Assembly: GCA_963674945.2 (NCBI GenBank)
Contig: CAXXWQ010000002.1
Location: forward strand, 608,001 to 672,000
DNA from: an uncultured Desulfosarcina sp.
GTDB lineage: Bacteria > Desulfobacterota > Desulfobacteria > Desulfobacterales > Desulfosarcinaceae
Reading direction: 5' to 3'
DNA length: 64,000 bases
Both the position numbers and the translations under genes were made by a program. Each line of letters opens with the position of its first letter. Position 1 is the first letter of the stretch. The notes below the pieces were generated by a model, which was given only the letters and a program-made list of their open reading frames with translations, searched no databases and was not told the DNA's origin. This document shows, one piece after another, positions 35,116 to 45,504 of the stretch.

Positions 35116-36449
35116 TTCCTCTCAGAATTAAAAAAAAAATGAGGAATAGAAGGAGGATTAAGAATTATACGATTAAAACATATCCTTATCATAACTATTT
35201 ACATTCGCGGGAAATTGATCCCGGAAAAGTAGTGAATAAAAAGTCCATCTTTGAAATTTCTGGATTAGATTTTCAAAAAAAGTTAGCGGAAGAATCGCAT
35301 TATAAAAACCTGTTTGAAAAGGCCGTGACGCAGTGGAGATTCGGAAACTGGAACGCTCTGACAAAACTTTCCTTGGATTATATCAAAACACAATCGGAAC
35401 GCTCTACGATTGCCCTATTGGTTGCCGCTGGCCACTTACAGAACAATGACCTACAAGAAGCAAGGCAATTTGTATGGTCAGCAAAAAAGTGGGGTTGCAG
35501 TAAGACGCAGATCAGCAGGATCTTGATTGCCAGTGTGCACAACAGTTTGGGGCGCGCTGCAGCAGTTGCTGGCCAACAGCCTCGTGCGTATAGACATTTT
35601 AAAAGCGCAATTTTAGTTGGAACACCGGACTGTGAGATAAAGTTGATCGCCCAAACTCGTATGACTGAACAGCTGAAACAGATTAATAATTCCGTTCGTA
35701 ATTTAGCTGATATGCAGCGAGAAAGAGAGCACAGGGGTGTTGCATTGACTCGTGAAAAGGCATTCAATTTTATTAACAAATTAACATTAGGACAAGATGG
35801 AGAAGTAAGAAATCGCATTGTTATTGCCGGCATGCGTCATTCCGGCTCAACTGCTCTCTTTAATATAATCAGATTGAGCCTTTGTAATGCGGGGCTGGAT
35901 AATATTTCCTTCTATTCTGAACAAAAGGATACAATTTCAAATGAAGATATATCACGTAAGATACTGATAATTAAAACACATGAATTTAGAGACGATATTG
36001 CTTTTCCCAATAGTTTGATCATTACTACACGACGTGATTTGCGTGATACAGTGGCTTCAGCTGTCAGAAGAGGCTTCCCATTGCTGAGAAAAATTGGAAA
36101 TCCTGTTGAGTATGCAAAATACAACCGAACCCTTCATGATGTGTGGTTGCCACGAAGCCATTATGTATTTGTTTATGAAGACTTTATTAACAATCCGATA
36201 GCTACGATCAATAAATTATTAGTGTTTATAGGATTGGAAGATATCAATGCAAAAAAAATTTATGAAGAGGTAATGGGTCTCCCTTTGGATCAATACAACG
36301 TCACATTGCTGACTCCGTCCCATATTACTGATCCTGAACAGAAACTAACTTTTAATGATACGTTAGATGACGAGACGATTGCCAAAATAAATTCAGAGCA
36401 TAACCTTTGGCTTGATAAATACAACTATAAGACAGAGACAAGTAAATGA
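35112..36449 (+). CDS. Helical N-terminal domain plus C-terminal sulfotransferase-like domain
   Basis: IAGMRHSGST, IIKTH, RDLRDTVAS, YEDF; start codon uncertain. Confidence 0.65.
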   Translation: MIPLRIKKKMRNRRRIKNYTIKTYPYHNYLHSREIDPGKVVNKKSIFEISGLDFQKKLAEESHYKNLFEKAVTQWRFGNWNALTKLSLDYIKTQSERSTIALLVAAGHLQNNDLQEARQFVWSAKKWGCSKTQISRILIASVHNSLGRAAAVAGQQPRAYRHFKSAILVGTPDCEIKLIAQTRMTEQLKQINNSVRNLADMQREREHRGVALTREKAFNFINKLTLGQDGEVRNRIVIAGMRHSGSTALFNIIRLSLCNAGLDNISFYSEQKDTISNEDISRKILIIKTHEFRDDIAFPNSLIITTRRDLRDTVASAVRRGFPLLRKIGNPVEYAKYNRTLHDVWLPRSHYVFVYEDFINNPIATINKLLVFIGLEDINAKKIYEEVMGLPLDQYNVTLLTPSHITDPEQKLTFNDTLDDETIAKINSEHNLWLDKYNYKTETSK

Positions 36450-36512
36450 TTTGCTGAGTTAATCTTTAATTGCAACGGATATCGGTTTAAAACCATTCCT
36501 ATAGGAGATTGT

Positions 36513-37199
36513 ATGCACGTTACTGCACTTTTACCTATGAAGGGACACTCCGAGCGAGTTCCAAATAAAAATATTCGTCCTTTCGCAGGTAGGCCGTTGT
36601 ATCATCGAGTCGCCGAGGTCCTGCAGGCTTGTGAACGTATTGATGCCATCATTATCAATACCGATAGCGATGTAATTGCCGATGATGCTATAAAACATTT
36701 TTCCAAAGTGAGAATCATCGTCCGGCCCATGGAACTCAGGGGGGACTTCGTTCCGATGAATGATATCATTGGTTATGACCTGAAAATGACGGACGGAGAG
36801 CATTATCTTCAAACCCACAGCACCAATCCCCTTCTTACCAAAAATACAGTGGATGCAGCGATAAAGGAATACTTCAATGCCATTTCGGCCTATGATTCGG
36901 TTTTTTCCGTCACCCGGCTGCAGACGCGGCTGTACTGGGAAAATGGGCAACCGGTAAACCATAATCCCGATGAATTGATTCGTACCCAGGATTTGCCGCC
37001 GGTTTTTGAAGAAAACTCCAATTTCTTTATTTTTTCGAAGGCTTCCTTTGCCGGTGCCGGAAATAAACGAATCGGGAGCAAGCCAATGATGTTCCCCATG
37101 GAAAAGCTGGAAGCGATCGATATCGACGAGGAAGCCGATTTCCGTTTGGCTGAGGTCCTGTACCGTATGCGGGCCGAAGGAGGAGCGAATGGGCTTTAA
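36513..37199 (+). CDS. Acylneuraminate cytidylyltransferase family protein
   Basis: PMKGHSERVPNKN, INTDS, HSTNPL, RTQDLP..FEENS, DIDEE.DF. Confidence 0.88.
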   Translation: MHVTALLPMKGHSERVPNKNIRPFAGRPLYHRVAEVLQACERIDAIIINTDSDVIADDAIKHFSKVRIIVRPMELRGDFVPMNDIIGYDLKMTDGEHYLQTHSTNPLLTKNTVDAAIKEYFNAISAYDSVFSVTRLQTRLYWENGQPVNHNPDELIRTQDLPPVFEENSNFFIFSKASFAGAGNKRIGSKPMMFPMEKLEAIDIDEEADFRLAEVLYRMRAEGGANGL

Positions 37200-37983
37200 G
37201 GAACGGTTTGAAAATGACAAACCGGTGATCGGTTCCTGGATCAACACTGCGAGTCCCATTGCCGCTGAATTGATGGCTACTGCCGGTTTTGATTTCTTGA
37301 CCGTGGATGTTGAGCACTCGGCTGTCGACCTGGTACAGGGGCAGGCCCTTTTTCAGGCAATTCGCTCCGGCAACCCCAATTGTGTTCCCTTCGTTCGCCT
37401 CGCGGGAAATGTCTATGCAGAGACCAAAAGATATGTCGATGCCGGTGCGATCGGCGTAATCGCGCCATTTATCAACACACGGGCACAAGCCGAGGAACTG
37501 GTTCGTTCCGTCAAATATCCCCCTTTGGGTATGCGCGGGGTCGGGTTCTGTCGAGCAAACAGCTATGGGATGCAACTGAAAGAATCCGTAAAAACCGCCA
37601 ATGACCAGACTTTCGTCTGTGTTCAGATTGAGCACGCCGAAGCAGTGGAAAATATCGATGAAATTCTTGGTGTAACAGGTGTTGATGCGGTCATGATCGG
37701 TCCCTATGACCTCAGTGCTTCCATGGGAATTACAGCGCAATTCGATCATCCCAAGATGGAATCTGCTACGAAAGCCGTGCTGAATGCCTGCCGGAAACAA
37801 GGTATTATCCCTGGCATTCATGTCGTTCAACCTGATCCGGAGGCGGCCATTGCCCGAATTCGTGAAGGTTACCGGTTCATTGCCTACAGTCTTGACATCA
37901 CCATGCTCCTCAACTCCTGTGTGCAGGGTGTGGAGGAGATCCGCAACCATTATCAGACAAGTCCCACAGAGGATGAAGCATGA
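37189..37983 (+). CDS. HpcH/HpaI class II pyruvate aldolase
   Basis: GFDFLTVD.EHS, KYPPLG.RG, QIEH..AV.NIDEI, IGPYDLSASMG. Confidence 0.9.
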   Translation: MGFKERFENDKPVIGSWINTASPIAAELMATAGFDFLTVDVEHSAVDLVQGQALFQAIRSGNPNCVPFVRLAGNVYAETKRYVDAGAIGVIAPFINTRAQAEELVRSVKYPPLGMRGVGFCRANSYGMQLKESVKTANDQTFVCVQIEHAEAVENIDEILGVTGVDAVMIGPYDLSASMGITAQFDHPKMESATKAVLNACRKQGIIPGIHVVQPDPEAAIARIREGYRFIAYSLDITMLLNSCVQGVEEIRNHYQTSPTEDEA

Positions 37984-38912
37984 AAAATGTTCTCGTTACC
38001 ACCTCTTCTTTCTGTAAAGAAGATCCGGCTCCTTTGTCGGAGATTGAAAGCGCCGGACTGATCGCCATTCTCAATCCTTTCGGGCGCAAGCTGACCGAGG
38101 GAAAAGCAATCGACCTCATAAAAAAATACGATCCCGTGGGCATAATCGCCGGTGTTGAGCCGTTAACGCGAAAGGTATTGGAAGAAGGAAAAAACCTTAA
38201 AGTCGTTTCTCGTTGTGGTATCGGTATGGATTCGGTCGACCTTGTTGCTTCCAAAGACCTGGGAATAACTGTCACCAATACACCGGATGCACCTACAATT
38301 CCTGTTGCGGAATTGACAATGTGCATGATTCTTTCCCTGTTACGCAAAATACACGTTTCGGATGCGAGCATCCGATCGGGTGCGTGGGAACGCCCCATGG
38401 GAAACCTGCTGCACGGAAAGACCGTGGGAATCATAGGCTGTGGGCGTATCGGATCATTTTTGGGACGACTTCTGGCGCCTTTCGATTGTACACTGTTCGG
38501 TTACGACCCCTATTGTCAGCAGTCAGACCTTTTCCAGTTGGTTTCCTTGGAAGACCTGCTGATTCAATCCGACATCGTTACGTTGCATCTTCCCTTCACC
38601 GAGGAAAACCGGCATTTTATCAACGTGGACCGTCTTGGCAAAATGAAACAGAATGCATTTCTCATTAATGCTGCACGGGGAGGACTCGTTGATGAAGATG
38701 CATTATATGATGCCTTGTCATCGGGAACCATTGCCGGTGCGGCTCTGGATTGTTTCGAGAAGGAACCCTATAAAGGCAGGCTGAGGGATTTGGACAACAC
38801 GTTGCTGACCGGCCATATCGGGTCCTATGCCAGGGAAGGAAGAATCATGATGGAGGCCCAGGCAGTTGAAAATTTGATCAGAGAACTGAAAAGCAGAGGT
38901 GTCATCTCATGA
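37980..38912 (+). CDS. D-isomer-specific 2-hydroxyacid (phosphoglycerate-type) dehydrogenase
   Basis: GIIGCGRIG, TLHLP, LINAARGGLVDE, ALD.FE.EP, HIGS. Confidence 0.9.
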   Translation: MKNVLVTTSSFCKEDPAPLSEIESAGLIAILNPFGRKLTEGKAIDLIKKYDPVGIIAGVEPLTRKVLEEGKNLKVVSRCGIGMDSVDLVASKDLGITVTNTPDAPTIPVAELTMCMILSLLRKIHVSDASIRSGAWERPMGNLLHGKTVGIIGCGRIGSFLGRLLAPFDCTLFGYDPYCQQSDLFQLVSLEDLLIQSDIVTLHLPFTEENRHFINVDRLGKMKQNAFLINAARGGLVDEDALYDALSSGTIAGAALDCFEKEPYKGRLRDLDNTLLTGHIGSYAREGRIMMEAQAVENLIRELKSRGVIS

Positions 38913-39832
38913 ATATTCTGGTAACCGGTGGCTCCGGCTTTTTAGGCAGCCACGTCTCGGATGCATTGAGTGATGCCGGTCATTCCGTGAAGATTGTTGA
39001 TATTCGGGAATCACCTTACTTACGGCCCGACCAGGAAATGTGTGTCGGGGATCTGATGGATATGGATCATATGGAATCCTGTCTGCGGGGTATGGATGTG
39101 GTCTACCATTTCGCGGGTATTGCCGATATCGATGAGTGCAAGTTACGACCCGTGGATACAGCAAAATTCAACATCCTGGGGACCGTACAGATTTTGGAGG
39201 CTTGTCGCAAAACAGGGGTTCGGCGTTTCGTCTTCGCAAGTTCCGCCTATGTTTACAGCGATTCCGGCTACTTTTACCGGTCAAGCAAACAAGCGTGCGA
39301 ATCTTTTATTGAAAATTACGCAGAACTTTACGATCTGAAATACACATGCCTCCGATATGGTTCTTTGTATGGCCCGAGGGCGGATGAACGGAATAGTATT
39401 TACAAGCTTATTCTCCAGGCGGTTGAGGAAGGAAAGATAACCTATCGCGGAACGGGAGAGGAACTTCGTGAGTTTATCCATGTTCAAGATGCCGCGCAAA
39501 GCAGTGTCCATGTTTTGGATAAAAAGTTTGAAAATAGTTATATTACACTGACGGGCAAAGAGAAAATGCGTTACTCCGTTCTTCTGGAAATGATCAAGGA
39601 GATGCTGGGTAACAGGATTGAAATCGAAATCGTACCTTCCAACCGAAAGGCACATTATCGGATTACACCGTACAACTTCAGTCCAAAATTGGGCATGAAA
39701 CTTACCAACAATCCCCATGTGGATATGGGGCAGGGGCTGTTGCAATGTATCGGAGAGATTTTCGAATCCATCCATTCGGAAAAAACCGCAGAGTTGGGAA
39801 TATTTGTTAATGGAAACAACAAGGCGGAGTAA
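38909..39832 (+). CDS. NAD-dependent epimerase/dehydratase (SDR)
   Basis: GGSGFLG, YRSSK, YGP, REFIHV.D. Confidence 0.88.
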   Translation: MNILVTGGSGFLGSHVSDALSDAGHSVKIVDIRESPYLRPDQEMCVGDLMDMDHMESCLRGMDVVYHFAGIADIDECKLRPVDTAKFNILGTVQILEACRKTGVRRFVFASSAYVYSDSGYFYRSSKQACESFIENYAELYDLKYTCLRYGSLYGPRADERNSIYKLILQAVEEGKITYRGTGEELREFIHVQDAAQSSVHVLDKKFENSYITLTGKEKMRYSVLLEMIKEMLGNRIEIEIVPSNRKAHYRITPYNFSPKLGMKLTNNPHVDMGQGLLQCIGEIFESIHSEKTAELGIFVNGNNKAE

Positions 39833-39833
39833 A

Positions 39834-40508
39834 ATGAGTTCTGAATGGATTCTATTGTCTCATTTACTTCATCCCGATGCTCCGGCATATGGCGGACATC
39901 AGGCTTTTTTCGATGAACCGGATAAAGAAATGGTCAAAGGAGATTCATGTAATACAAGACAGTGGAAAATGTCGAACCATGCTGGGACCCACATCGATGC
40001 TCCTCGCCATTTTTCCATCGACGGTAAAACCATTGATCGCTATCCTCCAAATTTCTGGATTTTTTCAAGGCCATTCGTTCTCATGGTCAATGGCGTTGAG
40101 CCAGGGCAAATACTGAATGATGAAGACATGGATTTAGCATCAATACCATCTGATACGAATTTCCTTATAATAAAAACAGGTTTTGGTGTTTTCCGAGATA
40201 GTCCGATTTATTGGCAAAAAAATCCCGGGCTTCATCCGGATCTTGCAGAAGAATTTCGCCATCTTTTTCCAGACCTCAGAGTGGTTGGATTTGATTTTAT
40301 CTCGGTATCATCTTTTGCAGATCGAGAATTGGGCAGGCGTGCACATAAGGCGTTCCTGGACCATACACGTCCGCTTCTACTTTTGGAGGATATGGACTTG
40401 TCGGTGAATTATGATGAAAAGCGCGTAAATCAGGTTGTTGTGTCTCCTCTCCATGTAAAAGGTGCAGATGCAGCACCTTGCACGGTATTGGCAGAGGTTA
40501 CAAGATGA
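39834..40508 (+). CDS. Cyclase / kynurenine-formamidase-like metallohydrolase
   Basis: HAGTHIDAPRHF motif; C-terminal PL…GADAAPC. Confidence 0.85.
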   Translation: MSSEWILLSHLLHPDAPAYGGHQAFFDEPDKEMVKGDSCNTRQWKMSNHAGTHIDAPRHFSIDGKTIDRYPPNFWIFSRPFVLMVNGVEPGQILNDEDMDLASIPSDTNFLIIKTGFGVFRDSPIYWQKNPGLHPDLAEEFRHLFPDLRVVGFDFISVSSFADRELGRRAHKAFLDHTRPLLLLEDMDLSVNYDEKRVNQVVVSPLHVKGADAAPCTVLAEVTR

Positions 40509-41134
40509 AATGGGAGGCGGTCTTTTTTGATTTTGATGGCGTGATATTGGATTCGGTGGATGTTAAAACCCAGGCATTCGCTGCCATGTTCCGATCTTAT
40601 GGCCCTGACGTCGAGAAGGCTGTTGTGGAATATCATCTGGCCCATGGCGGTATATCAAGGTTTAAAAAATTTAAATATTTTTATGAGCACATACTCAATC
40701 TGCCATTACCTCAGGATGTCCTTGAGAAATTAGGCTCTAAATTTAATCAAATGGCACTGGAAGGGGTTCTGTCTGCTCCATTTATTGAAGGGGCATTGGA
40801 AACTTTGAAAATGCTCAAGGATAATGAAATACCAGCGTTTGTGATTTCAGGAACACCGCAAGAGGAAGTACAGCTGATTGTCGAGAAAAGAAATCTTAGC
40901 GCTTATTTTATAGAGGTGCATGGTTCCCCTCGCACTAAGCAAGATATTATTCATGATATCGCTTCACGTCATGATTTTGATTTGTCTTGTTGCCTTTTTA
41001 TTGGTGATGCTTCTACGGACTTTATGGCTGCACAATTATGTGGGACAGATTTTTTAGGAATTGTAAAGAATACCAAAAAATCCCCATTCCCTGAATCAAC
41101 ACGGATATCAGAACATGTTAGCATTTTTTCATAG
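40505..41134 (+). CDS. HAD family hydrolase/phosphatase
   Basis: FDFDGVILDS, ISGTP, K…FIGDA.TD. Confidence 0.9.
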   Translation: MKWEAVFFDFDGVILDSVDVKTQAFAAMFRSYGPDVEKAVVEYHLAHGGISRFKKFKYFYEHILNLPLPQDVLEKLGSKFNQMALEGVLSAPFIEGALETLKMLKDNEIPAFVISGTPQEEVQLIVEKRNLSAYFIEVHGSPRTKQDIIHDIASRHDFDLSCCLFIGDASTDFMAAQLCGTDFLGIVKNTKKSPFPESTRISEHVSIFS

Positions 41135-41350
41135 TAACATTTTTAAATGAGAGGTTTTTGTAACCATTGTATCCCAAATTTTACCGTATATTTAGGAAAA
41201 TTTAAAGCTTAGAATAAAAAATTAAATTAAAAATAATGCTGAGCATTATAATGCTTATTCCAATAATAAACACATAGTTTTAAGTTGATAGAAGGAGGAA
41301 AATATAAAATTTTTGGATAGAATGTTTTTAGACAAAAATAGGAATAGATA

Positions 41351-42307
41351 ATGAAAACGGCTTTAGTTATAGGTGTCTCAGGTCAAGATGGCTCATATTT
41401 AGCAAGATTTTTAATTAATAAGGGCTATCGTGTTGTCGGTACTTCACGTGATGCACAAATGAACAGTTTTAGAAATCTTACTAAGCTGGGTATCAATGAT
41501 GATGTGATTAAAGAATCTATGAATCTCAATGATTTCAGAAGTGTTATGCAGGTATTAAATAAAGAAGATTTTGATGAAATCTATAATTTAGGTGGTCAAA
41601 GCTCAGTAGGATTATCGTTTAATCAACCTATGGATGCCTTTGAAAGCATAAGCATTGGTACTTTAAATCTTTTAGAATGTATTCGATTGCTTCGTATTTC
41701 AGCCAAGCTTTACAATGCAGGGTCAAGTGAATGTTTCGGTAATACGAATGGAGAAGCTGCAAATGAATTAACATCTTTTCGACCGCGAAGCCCTTATGCG
41801 ATGGCGAAGTCGGCTGCCTTCTGGGCAGTAGAAAATTATCGTGAAGCCTATAACTTGTTCGCATGCACAGGCATTTTATTTAACCATGAATCTCCTTTAC
41901 GACCAGAACGATTCGTGACAAGGAAGATAATTAAAGCAGCATGCAATATTGCTAAAGGAAAACAGTATAAATTGAAGTTAGGAAATATTGATATTCAACG
42001 AGATTGGGGGTGGGCTCCTGAATATGTTGAGGCGATGTGGCTTATGCTGCAAATGGAAGTGCCTGATGATTATATTATCGCTACTGGGAGGACGATTAGT
42101 TTAAAGGATTTTGTTAAGCTTGTTTTCAAAAAACTTGACCTTGATTGGGAAAGGTATTTGGAATTTAATTCTGAATTATTAAGACCGACCGATATTTTAG
42201 TTAGCAAATCTGATCCAAGAAAAGCTCGTGAAAATCTCGGGTGGTATGCAAGATTTTCTGTTGAGGATTTAATAGGGATGATGATTGAAGAAGAAATGTC
42301 TAATTGA
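41351..42307 (+). CDS. Second GDP-mannose 4,6-dehydratase-like SDR
   Basis: GVSGQDGSYL, QSSVGLSF, PRSPYA, FNHESPLR, RDWGWAPEY; AT-rich and divergent from gmd. Confidence 0.85.
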   Translation: MKTALVIGVSGQDGSYLARFLINKGYRVVGTSRDAQMNSFRNLTKLGINDDVIKESMNLNDFRSVMQVLNKEDFDEIYNLGGQSSVGLSFNQPMDAFESISIGTLNLLECIRLLRISAKLYNAGSSECFGNTNGEAANELTSFRPRSPYAMAKSAAFWAVENYREAYNLFACTGILFNHESPLRPERFVTRKIIKAACNIAKGKQYKLKLGNIDIQRDWGWAPEYVEAMWLMLQMEVPDDYIIATGRTISLKDFVKLVFKKLDLDWERYLEFNSELLRPTDILVSKSDPRKARENLGWYARFSVEDLIGMMIEEEMSN

Positions 42308-42340
42308 CCCAGAATCATTCTTTTTTATTGAGGAATAAAA

Positions 42341-43507
42341 TTGAGTAAATATATATTTGTTAATTGTGAGAAGCTCAATATAGAGAGAACGCTTGGAGTG
42401 GCTCATTTTTTAATTGAGTTATGTAAAGAATTAAAGAATTATTATAAAATCATTTTTGTCATTAATTCTCAAAATGAAATAGAAAATAATCAGTCTGGCC
42501 AAATCGTGAAAGAAATAGCTGAAGATATAATTATAGCAGGAGACAAGTATTCTGACTTCAATGTTATTAACTACATTCCAAGTAGTAGTCGAGCAGTTGA
42601 ATTACTACCCCATCATTTCCAACCTCCAAGATTTAACCTTCCTTCGGTGCTGATTTGCCATGACTTGCATGTGTTTGACATAGAATGGAAATACAATAAT
42701 GCAGAAAATGTAAAAAATGAGTTTCGCAAAAATCTTCTCTCAGCAAACGCTGTAGTTTGTGAATTCCCAAGAACATTTTATGATATCGAGCATATTGCAG
42801 ATATAACACTTCAAAATCTTTATTTGACAGAAAGCCCTTTATTAATAAATACTGCAATAAATTGCAGCAAAAATATTGAGAAGGCAGATTTAAAAATAAC
42901 TAATATTTTGTTTCCTGCGCAAATGCAAAGGCATAAGAATCATGAAGCTTTAATTCAAGGTCTTAATGAGTGCAGAAAAGAGGGAATTGCTGCAAATCTA
43001 CTATTTCCTGGTAGTAGTTTTGATGCAAACTACAAAACGAAATTGATTGATTTAATAAAAGAACTAAACTTGACCTCTTCAGTAGAATTTTTAGGAAGAA
43101 TAACAAATAAAGAAATAATTGATTTATACCATATGTGTGATGGCGTGATTATCCCAAGTCTAGCTGAGGGCGGAGCATATGTTGCTTTTGAAGCCATTGC
43201 GGCAGGAAAGCCTGTTGCAGTGAATAGCATAAAGTCTGCCATGCAACATATAAAAATGATAAAAGGAAAGGTGCATTGGTTTGATTCAACAGATATTGTT
43301 GATACTGCTGCCGCAATAAAGTTTATTGTTACACAAAAGGAAGAGGATTTTTTTTCAATAAACAAAGATGGCAGAGAAAGAATTCAAGCCATGACATGGA
43401 AGGTTGTCAGTGAAAAATTCGCTCAGATTATTAGTTGGCTTTTAGGTGATCGTGACAGGCCAATTATGAAAATAGATAGTGATGGCTGGAATATAAAGTA
43501 TTCATAA
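42341..43507 (+). CDS. GT4 family glycosyltransferase
   Basis: HKNH, PSLAEGG….EA.AAGKPV (EX7E). Confidence 0.8.
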   Translation: MSKYIFVNCEKLNIERTLGVAHFLIELCKELKNYYKIIFVINSQNEIENNQSGQIVKEIAEDIIIAGDKYSDFNVINYIPSSSRAVELLPHHFQPPRFNLPSVLICHDLHVFDIEWKYNNAENVKNEFRKNLLSANAVVCEFPRTFYDIEHIADITLQNLYLTESPLLINTAINCSKNIEKADLKITNILFPAQMQRHKNHEALIQGLNECRKEGIAANLLFPGSSFDANYKTKLIDLIKELNLTSSVEFLGRITNKEIIDLYHMCDGVIIPSLAEGGAYVAFEAIAAGKPVAVNSIKSAMQHIKMIKGKVHWFDSTDIVDTAAAIKFIVTQKEEDFFSINKDGRERIQAMTWKVVSEKFAQIISWLLGDRDRPIMKIDSDGWNIKYS

Positions 43508-43630
43508 AAAGTCTTTTATCGGTATTATCTGCAATTAGTGTTAAAAAAATGGATATTATATAAACTATAAATTAAAGTATCATTTATCAGGTTACTCGAC
43601 AATTACAAAGATTAAGCTAAAGGATCTATT

Positions 43631-45439
43631 GTGCTAAATAATAAGGAAAAGTGGAAACAGATAGAAAAAACAATCATCACAGATAATCCAGATGAGTATT
43701 GTCTAAAGTGGGGAAATTTACGTGAGAAATTTTATCAAGAAAATGGCTATATAGATATTGAAGAGGACGATGTCGAAAAGCTAAAAAGACTAAAGGATAA
43801 ATACAAAAATAAGAGAATCTTTATATTAGGTAATGGGCCTAGTTTGAATAAAACCCCTTTGGATCTTTTAAAGAATGAATTTACGTTTGGAGTTAACAGA
43901 ATATATTTACTATTTGATCGGATAGATTGGAAACCAACATTTTATACTGCAAATGATTGGAGGGTTGTGCCTGATATTGCCCGTGAAATAAATGCTTTAA
44001 CAGGTATGACATTTTTTTTTGAGGAGAGATTTAGAGGCATTTTGCGTGAAGGAGATGATGTTTACTATCATGCGCATACTCCAGTAGGCCCGAACTATCC
44101 AGACGAAAGAGAATTTGCTTTTAATATCGACAGAGGAGTAAGGGGTGCAGGGTCAGTTGTAGGAACTGCTATACAAATTGCATATTACATGGGTTTCAAC
44201 CCAATATATTTAATTGGATGTGACCTGGGATATAAAGTTCTGAAAACAGTAAAACAGGAAGGGGACGATAAATTTAAGACTGGAGTAAAATTGTTCCTGA
44301 CTAGTACAGAAGATGATGACCCCAATCATTTTGATAATAGATACTTTGGAAAAGGTAAAAGATGGCATGATCCCAATGTAAAAAGAATGGTAGAAGGACA
44401 TCAGCAATGTAGAAGAGCAATTGAGGCTAAAGGTAGAAAAATTTATAATGCTACCATTGGTGGAGAACTGGAAGTATACAAACGCAAAGATTTTTATAGA
44501 CTCTTTAAATTCAAAAAATATTCTAGAATTAGGCATGCTCACATAGAGGAAACTGCAATAATCGCAAAATGTAGTGAAGATGTGGGTGTTACAAATAAAG
44601 TAATGTTGGATGTTGGCGCACACCATGGATCAAGTCTTTCAAGATTTGTTGATAACAATTGGACAATATATGCTTTTGAACCGGATCCAAACAATCGACA
44701 AAAATTGATTAATAGATATTCAAAAAGGGAGAATGTCTACATTGATTCACGAGCTGTTGGAGAGGTTATTGAGTCTGGAAGAACGTTCTATTCATCCGAA
44801 GAGAGTTCAGGTATTAGTGGTATGCTGGAATTCAGAGAAAGTCATAAAAAAGTTGCATCTGTAGATGTCACAACTGTTAAAGAGATAGTAAAAGAATACT
44901 CAATAAAACATGTAAATTTTTTAAAAATTGATGTTGAAGGCTACGACTTCATGGTTCTTAAAAGCGTTCCTTGGGATATAGTTAAGCCTGAATTTATTGA
45001 ATGCGAATTCGAAGACGCAAAAACTAACCTATTAGGATTCTCATATTACGATATTGGTGATTATCTTGTTTCGAAAGGTTACATCGTATACCTCAGTGAG
45101 TGGCACCCAATTATAAAATATGGTATTAAGCATGATTGGTGTTGCTTAAAGAAATATCCCTGCAAACTTGAAGATTCAAATGGATGGGGAAATTTTTTAG
45201 CTTTTCTTAAAGATCCTGGTTATGTAGCAATTAATAACGCAGTTAATGAATTGGTTCGATTCCATAGTCCTACTATAAATAAAGAAAAATTAAATATTGC
45301 ATATGCAAACAAGCTTTATAAAGAAGGGCAGTTCGATATTGCTGCAGAAGCATATAAGCAATTAATTAGCAGATCTGGAATATATAAATGTTTAGAATTT
45401 AATTTAGCAATGTGTTATAAAAAGCTGCAAGTTATATAA
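43631..45439 (+). CDS. DUF115/Maf-like domain plus FkbM methyltransferase
   Basis: FILGNGPSL…GVNR, YMGF..IYLIGCD, NHFD..YF, NAT.GG; DVGAH.G, FEPD, LKIDVEG. Confidence 0.75.
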   Translation: MLNNKEKWKQIEKTIITDNPDEYCLKWGNLREKFYQENGYIDIEEDDVEKLKRLKDKYKNKRIFILGNGPSLNKTPLDLLKNEFTFGVNRIYLLFDRIDWKPTFYTANDWRVVPDIAREINALTGMTFFFEERFRGILREGDDVYYHAHTPVGPNYPDEREFAFNIDRGVRGAGSVVGTAIQIAYYMGFNPIYLIGCDLGYKVLKTVKQEGDDKFKTGVKLFLTSTEDDDPNHFDNRYFGKGKRWHDPNVKRMVEGHQQCRRAIEAKGRKIYNATIGGELEVYKRKDFYRLFKFKKYSRIRHAHIEETAIIAKCSEDVGVTNKVMLDVGAHHGSSLSRFVDNNWTIYAFEPDPNNRQKLINRYSKRENVYIDSRAVGEVIESGRTFYSSEESSGISGMLEFRESHKKVASVDVTTVKEIVKEYSIKHVNFLKIDVEGYDFMVLKSVPWDIVKPEFIECEFEDAKTNLLGFSYYDIGDYLVSKGYIVYLSEWHPIIKYGIKHDWCCLKKYPCKLEDSNGWGNFLAFLKDPGYVAINNAVNELVRFHSPTINKEKLNIAYANKLYKEGQFDIAAEAYKQLISRSGIYKCLEFNLAMCYKKLQVI

Positions 45440-45504
45440 AAATAAATAAAATATGTTTATGAACAGAAGCTTCTAAAAAAAATAAAAAATAGGAGTATAT
45501 TTAT

